DNA of 64,000 nucleotides from the NCBI GenBank assembly GCA_035536455.1, contig DATLOC010000053.1, forward strand, positions 61,095 to 125,094. The letters are read 5' to 3'. This document shows, one piece after another, positions 56,324 through 64,000 of this stretch (position 1 is its first letter; each line of letters begins with the position of its first letter). Origin of the DNA: Thermoanaerobaculia bacterium. Lineage in GTDB: Bacteria > Acidobacteriota > Thermoanaerobaculia > Multivoradales > UBA5704. The position numbers and the translations under genes are program-made. The notes under the pieces were generated by a model. That model saw only the letters and a list, made by a program, of their open reading frames with translations, did not search any database and had not been told where the DNA came from.

Positions 56324-57598
56324 CTACCGCGTGACGCGCACCTGCAGGTTGGAGAACTTCCAGCCGACCGGCGGGAAGTAGGCGCCGTCGGCGACCCCGG
56401 CGAGCCCGAAGTTGAGCTTCACCGGGTTGCCGTTGCGCTCGGCGAGATCGAGGTTGAAGGCGGCACTGGTGGCGTCGGCGATCACCTGGTCGTTGCGGGA
56501 GACCACCATGCGCAGCGTCGCGGTCTGGGTGTCGTAGACGATCTTGACGTGGTGGACCGCCCCCTCCTTCCAGCCGGTGCCGAACTTGAGCGCCGGCTCG
56601 ACCACCGCGCTCCCCTGGTCGACGAAGGTGCGCGAGCGCTTGCCGCGCACGAAGCTGCCGAAGTAGAGGGTCTTGTTGAAGCGCTGGCCGCCGGTGTGGA
56701 ACATGCCGACCAGGCCGGTGAAGTGGGTGGTGAACTTGCTGATCCGCACGTCGAAGTCGATGGTGGCGGTGCGGTAGGCGCGGTTGGGCACCAGCGGCAG
56801 GGTGAACGTCATCTGCGAGTTGGCCGGGGTCGGCGCGAAGAACTGCTTCGGCCGGTCGAGGGAGACGGTCTCCACCACCGGCGCCGGCGGCGCGTCAAGC
56901 GGGTAGAGGAGGCGGAAGGCGCGGGCGTCGTCGCCGACGAAGGTGCCGTAGGCGTAGAACGGCTGGTTGCACGAGACCTCGGCGCGCAGCCCGCCGGCGG
57001 CGGACACCGAGAGCAACCTCTCGAACGGATCGTCCATGAGCCGGTGCGACAGCGGCAGGACCTTCACCTTGTCCACCGGCCCGAGCGGCGAGCCCTTGGG
57101 GCGGAGGAGCTTGACGTTGCAGTTGGCGTTGGCGGCGGCGAAGTTGAGGATCTCGAGGTTCGAGTGCCCCGAGGCGTCCCGCGCCAGCCCCTGGATGTGG
57201 GCCGTCTCCCCGGCCTTGAACCAGTTGTCCTCGGCGAGCACCGGCAGCGCCCAGGTCATCGTGTCGTCCCCATCGGGCAGGAAGAGGACGCCGGTGTTGA
57301 CCTGCATCCCCGCCCCCTGGAGCTTGAGCATCCCGGCGCCGCGGATGAACCCGGAGACGTCGAAGACGTTCGGCTTCTCGTCGTTGTCGACGTCGACGTC
57401 GAAGCCAGTGGCGCGGGAGCCGTCGATCCCGGTGTCGATGAAGATCGGGGCGAGGCGACGGGGCCCGCCCCGGCTCACCTCCAGCTTCCACTCGGCGCGG
57501 CGCAGGCCGTCGAGGTCCGGAGTGGGGATGTAGTACGTGCCTGCGGCGGCGGGGAGCGCCAGGGCGGCCAGGGCGAGCGTGAGCGCGAGCTGCTTCAT
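56324..57598 (-). CDS. secreted hypothetical protein with probable concanavalin/LamG-like C-domain
   Basis: Signal peptide MKQLALTLALAALALPAAAG. The C-terminal ~180 aa has a beta-sandwich-like pattern (HHVKIVYDTQTATLRMVVSRNDQVIAD...KFSNLQVRV). No confident family assignment. Confidence 0.6.
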   Translation of the reverse strand: MKQLALTLALAALALPAAAGTYYIPTPDLDGLRRAEWKLEVSRGGPRRLAPIFIDTGIDGSRATGFDVDVDNDEKPNVFDVSGFIRGAGMLKLQGAGMQVNTGVLFLPDGDDTMTWALPVLAEDNWFKAGETAHIQGLARDASGHSNLEILNFAAANANCNVKLLRPKGSPLGPVDKVKVLPLSHRLMDDPFERLLSVSAAGGLRAEVSCNQPFYAYGTFVGDDARAFRLLYPLDAPPAPVVETVSLDRPKQFFAPTPANSQMTFTLPLVPNRAYRTATIDFDVRISKFTTHFTGLVGMFHTGGQRFNKTLYFGSFVRGKRSRTFVDQGSAVVEPALKFGTGWKEGAVHHVKIVYDTQTATLRMVVSRNDQVIADATSAAFNLDLAERNGNPVKLNFGLAGVADGAYFPPVGWKFSNLQVRVTR

Positions 57599-57667
57599 GA
57601 CGGCTGCCTTCTCCTAGAAGAAAAATGGCGTCGGGGACGCGAGGAAGTCGGGGATTGTACCAGACGC

Positions 57668-58567
57668 TCAGCCGCGGGCCTGGACGGCGGCCCAGAGGTC
57701 GGCGAGGGCGTCGTCTAGGGTGCGCCGCGGCGCCCAGCCGAGGGCGCGAAGGCGGGAGGCGTCGCCGCAGAGAAGGGGGAGGTCGATCGGCCTTACCCGC
57801 GCGGGATCTTCCTCGACCCGCGCCTCGACGCCGGCCACCTGCATCAGCCCCGCGAGCGCGTCCGCGATCGAAGTGGCGCGCCCGGTGGCCACGTTGTAGA
57901 CCTCCCCGGGCGCCCCCTTCTCGGCCAGCAGGGCGAGGGCCTCGACGCCGTCGTCGACGTGGACGAAGTCGCGCCGGGCCGTGAGGTTGCCCACGCGCAG
58001 CACCGCGTCGCAGCCGCCGCGGGCGATGGCGGCGAGCTGGGCGGCGAAGCCGGGGAGCGCGAAGTCCGGCGACTGGCCCGGGCCGATGAGGTTGAAGAGG
58101 CGCATCACAACGGCGCCGAGCGGCAGGGCGAGGCGCTCGGTCCCCAGCTTGGTCAGGCCGTAGGGGCTGCGCGGGTCGAGCGGGCGGTCCTCGCGGATCG
58201 GCTGCTCCGCCGCGGGGACCGGGCCGTAGGCCTCGGCGCTGGAGGCCACGACCACGCGGCGGCCGGCGGCGACCACCATGAGGTTGGCGGTGCCCCCGAC
58301 GTTGACCTCGACGTACTGCGGCATCCGCTCCCAGGCCTGGCCGACGTGGGAGAAGCCGGCGAGGTGGACGACGGCGTCGGGGTCGCTGGCCGCGACCGCG
58401 CGCGCCAAGGCCTCACGGTCGAGGAGGTCGGCCTCGTGGAGCTCCACGCCGGGCAGGTCGGGGCGCTCGGCGAGGTAGGTGCCGGCCACGCGGTCGCCGC
58501 GCGCGAGCAGGAGCTGGGCCAGGCGGGTGCCGACGAAGCCGGAGACGCCGGTGACCAGGACACGCAA
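57668..58567 (-). CDS. NAD-dependent sugar-nucleotide reductase/epimerase, GDP-4-keto-6-deoxy-D-mannose reductase (Rmd)-like
   Basis: MRVLVTGVSGFVGTRLAQLL; SSAEAYG ... PYGLTKL (S/YxxxK catalytic triad). It lies immediately downstream of gmd. The specific activity is inferred from context. Confidence 0.65.
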   Translation of the reverse strand: MRVLVTGVSGFVGTRLAQLLLARGDRVAGTYLAERPDLPGVELHEADLLDREALARAVAASDPDAVVHLAGFSHVGQAWERMPQYVEVNVGGTANLMVVAAGRRVVVASSAEAYGPVPAAEQPIREDRPLDPRSPYGLTKLGTERLALPLGAVVMRLFNLIGPGQSPDFALPGFAAQLAAIARGGCDAVLRVGNLTARRDFVHVDDGVEALALLAEKGAPGEVYNVATGRATSIADALAGLMQVAGVEARVEEDPARVRPIDLPLLCGDASRLRALGWAPRRTLDDALADLWAAVQARG

Positions 58568-58582
58568 GCGCTTCGCGGTCCG

Positions 58583-59575
58583 CTAGACGGCTGCCACTTC
58601 GGCGGGGCGGCGGCGACGCGCCAGGGTCTCGCGCCAGTAGTCGAGGAGGTCGGCGACCGTCTGCTCGAAGGGGATGCGCGGCTCCCAGCCGGTGTCGGCG
58701 CGGAACTTCGAGCTGTCGCCGATCAGGATCTCGACGTCGGAAGGGCGGAGGCGATCGGGGTCCACCTCGACGTCCACCTTCACCTTCGCCAGGCCGACGA
58801 TCATCTGCAGCAGCTCGCGGATCGAGATGCCGTGCCCGCTGGCGATGTTGTAGACCTCCCCCGGCCGCCCGCGCTCGACCGCCATCCAGTAGGCGCGCAC
58901 CATGTCGCGCACGTCGGTGAAGTCGCGGATGGCGTCGAGGTTGCCGACCCGGATGACCGGCTCCTGCAGGCCTTGCTCGATGGCCGCCACCTGGCGGCAG
59001 AAGTTGGAGGTGACGAAGGGGTGGCCGCGGCGCGGGCCGGTGTGGTTGAAGCCGCGGGTGCGGATGACCTTGAGGCCGTAGCTCTGGAAGTACTGGTAGC
59101 CGAGCAGGTCCTGCGCCACCTTGGAGACGGCGTAGGGCGACAGCGGCCGCAGCGGGTTGTCCTCGGTGATCGGCACCTCGTGCGGGTAGACCATGCCGTA
59201 CTGCTCGGAGGAGCAGGCGATCTGCACCACCGGGTCGAGGCGCAGGGCGCGGATCGCCTCGAAGAGGTTGACCTGGCCCTGGACGTTGGTGGTGAGGGTC
59301 TCGTTGGGGGCCGTCCAGCTCGACGGCACGAAGCTCTGCGCCGCCAGGTGGAAGATGGCGTCGGGACGCGAGCGCTCCAGCGCCTGTTGGATCGAGCTGT
59401 AATCGCGCAGGTCGGCCTCGAGCAGCTGCACGCCGCCGTCGATGTGGTCGAGGTTCTCCATGCGGCTGCGCCAGCGGTGGGTGCCGAAGACCTCCACCTC
59501 GGGGTGCTCCTGGAGAAGAAACTCCGCCAGGTGGGAGCCGGCGAAGCCGGTGATGCCGGTGATCAGGACACGCAT
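58583..59575 (-). CDS. gmd: GDP-mannose 4,6-dehydratase (short bacterial type)
   Basis: MRVLITGITGFAGSHLAEFLL; CSSEQYG; SPYAVSKV; RGFNHTGPRRG; RDFTDVRD. These are characteristic Gmd blocks. Confidence 0.8.
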   Translation of the reverse strand: MRVLITGITGFAGSHLAEFLLQEHPEVEVFGTHRWRSRMENLDHIDGGVQLLEADLRDYSSIQQALERSRPDAIFHLAAQSFVPSSWTAPNETLTTNVQGQVNLFEAIRALRLDPVVQIACSSEQYGMVYPHEVPITEDNPLRPLSPYAVSKVAQDLLGYQYFQSYGLKVIRTRGFNHTGPRRGHPFVTSNFCRQVAAIEQGLQEPVIRVGNLDAIRDFTDVRDMVRAYWMAVERGRPGEVYNIASGHGISIRELLQMIVGLAKVKVDVEVDPDRLRPSDVEILIGDSSKFRADTGWEPRIPFEQTVADLLDYWRETLARRRRPAEVAAV

Positions 59576-59591
59576 ACGGAAGTCTCCTCTA

Positions 59592-60443
59592 TCATCCTCT
59601 GCCCCGCCGGAGGGCCGTCAGGTACTCGACCAGCCCCCACCCCCAGGGCTCGACCCGGCGGAGCGCCCGCTCGAAGCGGCTGACGTCGAGCACCGAGTAG
59701 GCGGGGCGCGGCGCGGGGCGGGGGACCTGCGCGGTGGTGACCGGCACCACCTCGACGTCGCTGGCCCAGAGGCGGGCGATCTCGTCGGCGAAAGCGTACC
59801 AGGAGACCGGCTCCCGGTTGCGGTAGTGGACGACGCCGTCGAGGGCGAGGGGCGCCAGGTCGAGGACCGCCCGCGCCAGAAACGGCGTGTAGGTCGGGCA
59901 GCCGACCTGGTCGTCCACGACCTCCAGCCGCCGCGTGCCTTCGTCGATCTTGCGCACGATGGTTGCCGCGAAGTTGGGCCCGCCGGGGCCGAAGAGCCAG
60001 CTCGTGCGCACGACGAGCGCCCGCGGCGCCGCCAGCGCCGCCTCCTCCCCGGCGAGCTTGCTGCTGCCGTAGACCGAGAGCGGCGCGGTGGCCGCGTCCT
60101 CGGGGTAGGGCTCGGCGGCGCGGCCGTCGAAGACGTAGTCGGTCGAGAGCTGGATCAGCCGCGCGCCGGCCTGCCGCGCCGCGTCGGCGACGTGCTCGAC
60201 GGCGCGGCCGTTGACCTCGGCGGCGCGCTCGGGCTCGCTCTCGCAGGCGTCCACCTTGGTGAAGGCGGCGCAGTTGACCACCAGCTCGGGACGGAAGGTC
60301 TCGGCCCAGTAGAGGAGGCGGTCGCGGTCGCGCACGTCGGCCTGCCCGCGCGGCAGCGCGAGGGCGGCGAAGTTGCGCGCCCGCGCTTCCGCGACGAGCG
60401 CCCGACCGAGCATGCCGGCGCCGCCGAAGATGAGAGTCCGCAT
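59592..60443 (-). CDS. rfbD: dTDP-4-dehydrorhamnose reductase
   Basis: ATG 60443 (MRTLIFGGAGMLGRAL). NCAAFTKVDACE, STDYVFDG, YGSSKLAGE and QVGCPTY are RmlD signatures. Confidence 0.88.
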   Translation of the reverse strand: MRTLIFGGAGMLGRALVAEARARNFAALALPRGQADVRDRDRLLYWAETFRPELVVNCAAFTKVDACESEPERAAEVNGRAVEHVADAARQAGARLIQLSTDYVFDGRAAEPYPEDAATAPLSVYGSSKLAGEEAALAAPRALVVRTSWLFGPGGPNFAATIVRKIDEGTRRLEVVDDQVGCPTYTPFLARAVLDLAPLALDGVVHYRNREPVSWYAFADEIARLWASDVEVVPVTTAQVPRPAPRPAYSVLDVSRFERALRRVEPWGWGLVEYLTALRRGRG

Positions 60444-61510
60444 CAGGTGATGCCGACTTCGGAGTTGTCGCCGAGCATGAAGCGGTAGGCCTTGGGCTTG
60501 TAGTCGGTCTTGACGATGCGGACGTTGCGGCCGACGAGCGAGCCGTCGATGCGCAGGGGGATGTCGCGGATCTCGCAGTCGGAGAGGACGATCGAGTTCT
60601 CGATCTCGCAGCGCACCAGCGTGCAGCGGTCGCCGATCGAGGTGTAGGGGCCGACGAAGGCGTGTTCGAGGCGGGTGCCGGCGCCGATCACCACCGGTCC
60701 CCGGATCAGCGAGTCCACGATCTCCACCCCTTCGCCGAGCTGCACCCGCCCTTCGATCTGACTGCCCTTCCCGACCTCCCCGCCGCGCCGCACCTCGAGG
60801 GTCTCGAGGACGATGCGGTTGGCCTCCAGCATGTCCTCGAGCTTGCCGGTGTCCTTCCACCAGCCGCGCACGACGTGGGGGTGGACGTCGAGGCCGCGCT
60901 CGATCAGGTCCTGGATGGCGTCGGTGATCTCCAGCTCGCCGCGCGCCGAGGGCTTGATCCGGTTGACCGACTCGAAGATGTGCGGGTCGAACATGTAGAC
61001 GCCGACCAGCGCCAGGTCGCTCTTGGGCTCCTTGGGCTTCTCGACCAGCCGCCGCACCTTCCCCTCGGAAGTCAGCTCGGCCACCCCGAACTGCTCGGGG
61101 TTGTTGACGTGGGCGAGGAGGATCTCGGCGTTGCAGCCGAGGGTGCGGAACTCCTCCACCAGGCTGGTGATGCCGCCGGCGATCAGGTTGTCGCCGAGGT
61201 ACATGACGAAGGGGTCGTCGCCGAGGAACGGCTCGGCGATCTTGACCGCGTGGGCGAGGCCGCGCGGCGCATCCTGCTCGATGTAGCGGACGCGGGCGCC
61301 GAAGCGCCCGCCGTCGCCGACCGCGGCGCGGATCTCCTCCTTGGTCTCCCCCACCACGATGCCGATCTCCTCGATCCCCGCCGCCACGATCGCCTCGATG
61401 GCGTAGAAGAGGACCGGCTTGTTGGCGACCGGCACGAGCTGCTTGGCCGAGGTGTAGGTGAGCGGCCGCAGCCGCGTCCCCTTGCCGCCGGAGAGGATGA
61501 GCCCCTTCAT
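60443..61510 (-). CDS. rfbA: glucose-1-phosphate thymidylyltransferase, long form with C-terminal left-handed beta-helix
   Basis: ATG 61510. MKGLILSGGKGTRLRPLTYTSAKQLVPV and YLGDN motifs. The C-terminus has hexapeptide repeats. Its stop shares one base with the rfbD start (TGATG). Confidence 0.85.
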   Translation of the reverse strand: MKGLILSGGKGTRLRPLTYTSAKQLVPVANKPVLFYAIEAIVAAGIEEIGIVVGETKEEIRAAVGDGGRFGARVRYIEQDAPRGLAHAVKIAEPFLGDDPFVMYLGDNLIAGGITSLVEEFRTLGCNAEILLAHVNNPEQFGVAELTSEGKVRRLVEKPKEPKSDLALVGVYMFDPHIFESVNRIKPSARGELEITDAIQDLIERGLDVHPHVVRGWWKDTGKLEDMLEANRIVLETLEVRRGGEVGKGSQIEGRVQLGEGVEIVDSLIRGPVVIGAGTRLEHAFVGPYTSIGDRCTLVRCEIENSIVLSDCEIRDIPLRIDGSLVGRNVRIVKTDYKPKAYRFMLGDNSEVGIT

Positions 61511-61512
61511 CG

Positions 61513-63789
61513 CTACTGCTCCGAGGGGACCGAGCTGCGCCCCGTGAGGTCCAGGAAGGTGCCGACGTTCTTGAGCGTCACCGAGAAGCGGTACTCGCGG
61601 TTGCGCAGCGCCTGGGCCTGGAAGCTCAGCAGCTCGAGGCGGAAGCCGTAGCACTGCGACATCCAGTTGACGACGTAGCGCTGCTGCTGGATCTCGGCCT
61701 CGTCGAGGTCGTAGGAGAGGCGGCCCTCGACGCGCAGGCGGTTGGGGCGCAGGCCGAGGGCGCCGAAAAGCTGCACCTGGGTGCCCAGCTCGCCGGGGTC
61801 GCCGGGGCGCGGCCGGCGGTAGAGAGTGAGCCCGAGGTTGTTGGCCACCCCCCAGCCGTAGCCGCCGGAGAGCGAGCTCGAAGCGAGGCGCGCGTCGAGG
61901 GTGTTGTAGGTGACGCGCGACTCGAAGCTCGTCTTGTCGCTGGGGTTGATGCGGACCAGGGCCTCGAGCGGCCCGGCGGTGTCGTTCTCCAGCCCGTCGA
62001 TCGAGGTCTGGAGCGGCTGCAGGTCGTCGAACGAGAGGTCGCGCGCCACCTCGAAGAGGAAGACCTCTCGCGCGGTCCCCACTCCCCCTTTGCCCCCTTC
62101 GGGCTTGGCCAGGATGCGGTTGACCAGGGCGACGCGGGCGCGGTTGGTCGAGAAGGCCGTGTCCACCTCGTCGAAGCGCGGCACCAGCGCCTGGTCCTCG
62201 ACCTCGCCGCTGTAGACGTAGCTGATGCGCGGCGCCACGACGTGCTTGAAGCGGGCGAAGGCGCCGAGCTTGCGCTCGTAGATGCGCGACAGCGACGGCC
62301 CCACCAGCTCGGCGCGGCCGAAGGGGAAGCTGCGGGTGAAGGTCTCGCCGGTGAAGGTGCCGTCGACCGGCGACAGGCTGTCGCCGTACCAGGTGTAGCG
62401 GCCGCCGCCGGTCAGGTTGAGCGACAGCCAGGGCAGGGTCGAGACCGGCAGCGACAGCTCCGGCCCGACGTCGACGCGGCCGTAGGTCGCGTCGAGGGTG
62501 CGCTGGTTGTCGAGGTCGAGGTAGTCGGCCGAGCCGCGGAAGCCGACGTAGAAGGGCGTCTTCCAGAGCCGCGTCGAGCGCAGCCGGTACTCCACCTCCG
62601 GGAGCTTCCGCTGCACCACGGTCACGCCCGGCACGTCGAGGGTCTGGATCTCGTTGAGCAGGACGTTGAGGAGGTGGGCGCCGCGGTTCCTGCTGACGAA
62701 GGCGCGGCTGGCGACGCGGCGCGTGGTGTTGCGGTCGATGTCGCGCTCGAAGTCGCGGAAGAACTCGAAGTCGGAGAAGTCCTCGTAGGCGATGACGCCG
62801 CGCATCCCCCACGGCAGGTCGTTGGTGACGTGGTCGAGGTTGACCTTCCAGCGCCACTCGTCGCGGTCGGGGTCCTGGACGGCGTAGCCGACGAAGCTGC
62901 CGCGCGTTCCCTCGCTCGGCATGTAGCGCAGCTCGTTGCCGATCCCGAAGTAGCCGCGGCTGTAGCTGTCGATGTGGAAGGTCGTGTCGTAGCTCCGCCC
63001 CAGGGTCTGGAAGTAGGCCAGCGAGAGCGAAGCGCCGCGGCGCTCGGAGTAGCCGATGTTGGGGATCAGCAGGCCCGAGCTGCGCTCGCTCTTGGCCGGC
63101 CAGAGGAGGTACGGGGTGTAGAGCACCGGCACCTTCTTGATCCGCACCGCCGCGCTGCGCACCCGCGCGTAGCCCTCCATCTCGACCGTCGCCTGGCCGA
63201 GCCGGAAGCTCCAGTCCGGGTTCTCGCCGCTGCAGGAGGTGAAGATGCCGTCGGTGACGGTGTAGACGTCCTCGGCGACCTTCGCCACCTCGGCGCCGCT
63301 GAAGTAGTACTCGGAGGCGACGTGGGCGGTGGCCTCGGTGAGCTTGCCGGTCTTGGTGTCGAGGTCGAAGGTGGCGGTCTCGCCGGTCAGCCGCCGCGGC
63401 CCCTGGTCGACGATGACGTTGCCGGTGGCGGTCACGACCTTGGTCTCGAGATCCAGCTCGGCGCGGTCGGCGGAGAGCTCCATGTCCTGGTACTTGATCT
63501 TCACCGCGCCGGAGAGGACGGCGAAGTCCTTGGTCTTGTATTCGAGGTCGGCGGCGCTGCCCGAGGCGCTGCCGCCGCCCTGGTCGTCCGGGAACTTGAG
63601 GTCGAACTCGATGCGGTCGGCGGCCGCGGCGGGGACCGCGGGCTGGGCGGGCTGGGTCGAGGCCGGCGGCACGGCCGGCTCGCCTGTCGTCTCCGGCTCC
63701 CCGCTGAGCTCCGGCTTCTGCGGGTCCTGGGCGGCGAGGGGGCCCGCCAGGCAGACGGCGAGCGCGAAGGTGGCGAAGGTTCGGAGCAC
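61513..63789 (-). CDS. lptD: LPS-assembly outer-membrane protein LptD (OstA family)
   Basis: Signal peptide MLRTFATFALAVCLAGPLAAQ. N-terminal OstA-like beta-jellyroll (VKIKYQDMELSADRAELDLETKVVTATGNVIVDQG). FTSC..PDWSF.. and the LLIPNIGYSERRG block, then a large C-terminal barrel. Confidence 0.85.
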   Translation of the reverse strand: MLRTFATFALAVCLAGPLAAQDPQKPELSGEPETTGEPAVPPASTQPAQPAVPAAAADRIEFDLKFPDDQGGGSASGSAADLEYKTKDFAVLSGAVKIKYQDMELSADRAELDLETKVVTATGNVIVDQGPRRLTGETATFDLDTKTGKLTEATAHVASEYYFSGAEVAKVAEDVYTVTDGIFTSCSGENPDWSFRLGQATVEMEGYARVRSAAVRIKKVPVLYTPYLLWPAKSERSSGLLIPNIGYSERRGASLSLAYFQTLGRSYDTTFHIDSYSRGYFGIGNELRYMPSEGTRGSFVGYAVQDPDRDEWRWKVNLDHVTNDLPWGMRGVIAYEDFSDFEFFRDFERDIDRNTTRRVASRAFVSRNRGAHLLNVLLNEIQTLDVPGVTVVQRKLPEVEYRLRSTRLWKTPFYVGFRGSADYLDLDNQRTLDATYGRVDVGPELSLPVSTLPWLSLNLTGGGRYTWYGDSLSPVDGTFTGETFTRSFPFGRAELVGPSLSRIYERKLGAFARFKHVVAPRISYVYSGEVEDQALVPRFDEVDTAFSTNRARVALVNRILAKPEGGKGGVGTAREVFLFEVARDLSFDDLQPLQTSIDGLENDTAGPLEALVRINPSDKTSFESRVTYNTLDARLASSSLSGGYGWGVANNLGLTLYRRPRPGDPGELGTQVQLFGALGLRPNRLRVEGRLSYDLDEAEIQQQRYVVNWMSQCYGFRLELLSFQAQALRNREYRFSVTLKNVGTFLDLTGRSSVPSEQ

Positions 63790-63800
63790 GCAGTGGAAGT

Positions 63801-64000
<200 letters not shown>

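Overview
This is a 64-kb, very GC-rich chromosomal segment from a diderm bacterium (LptD, PBP1A, alternative complex III plus caa3 oxidase). Gene content fits Acidobacteriota- or Myxococcota-like lineages, but I cannot prove that without a search. Because of the GC content, every region carries long shadow ORFs in several frames. I kept about 60 genes that have recognisable motifs, signal peptides, SD sequences or start/stop coupling. Where the motif-bearing part of an ORF began later than the ORF-track start, I re-set the start.

Layout:
- 1-8.4 kb: pcnB, a nuclease-XPD/DinG helicase fusion, DinB, a CRTAC1-like FG-GAP protein, and an ECF sigma / anti-sigma / Spy-like operon.
- 8.4-21.4 kb: a ferredoxin and a LuxE-like synthetase, separated from a LuxC-like reductase by a 10-kb block. 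The block holds secreted BNR-propeller proteins, a MaoC dehydratase and a DUF1207 / B12-radical-SAM / DUF1499 operon.
- 21.4-27.1 kb: a 4-gene translationally coupled operon (UvrA-like, FHA-RDD, MauE/DoxX, thioredoxin-like).
- 27.1-30 kb: a small accessory patch with a lipoprotein, an Arg/Tyr/Asp-rich secreted protein, an XRE regulator and a 20-bp tandem array.
- 30-37 kb: PBP1A, secreted and outer-membrane proteins.
- 37.1-49.6 kb: actABCDEF, SCO1 and coxBAC-IV, preceded by a perfect CRP-type palindrome.
- 50.2-52.3 kb: a toxin-antitoxin islet plus a second, related 21-bp tandem array.
- 52.3-64 kb: DUF1232, a UbiA prenyltransferase, a fused VTE5-like/VTE6-like isoprenoid kinase, SDRs, GDP- and dTDP-sugar genes, lptD and the end of a thiolase gene.

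The most unusual signal not explained by genes is the pair of related, strictly phased 20/21-bp tandem arrays, each about 380-400 bp. One runs into the stop codon of an HTH regulator gene. The other switches unit orientation halfway through. Other candidates for novelty are the LuxE/LuxC plus B12-rSAM lipid-type module, the VTE5-VTE6 fusion next to UbiA, an uncharacterised secreted domain present in two paralogs, and two apparent CTG starts embedded in CTGA stop/start overlaps. I recognised no rRNA, tRNA, CRISPR array, transposase or integrase.
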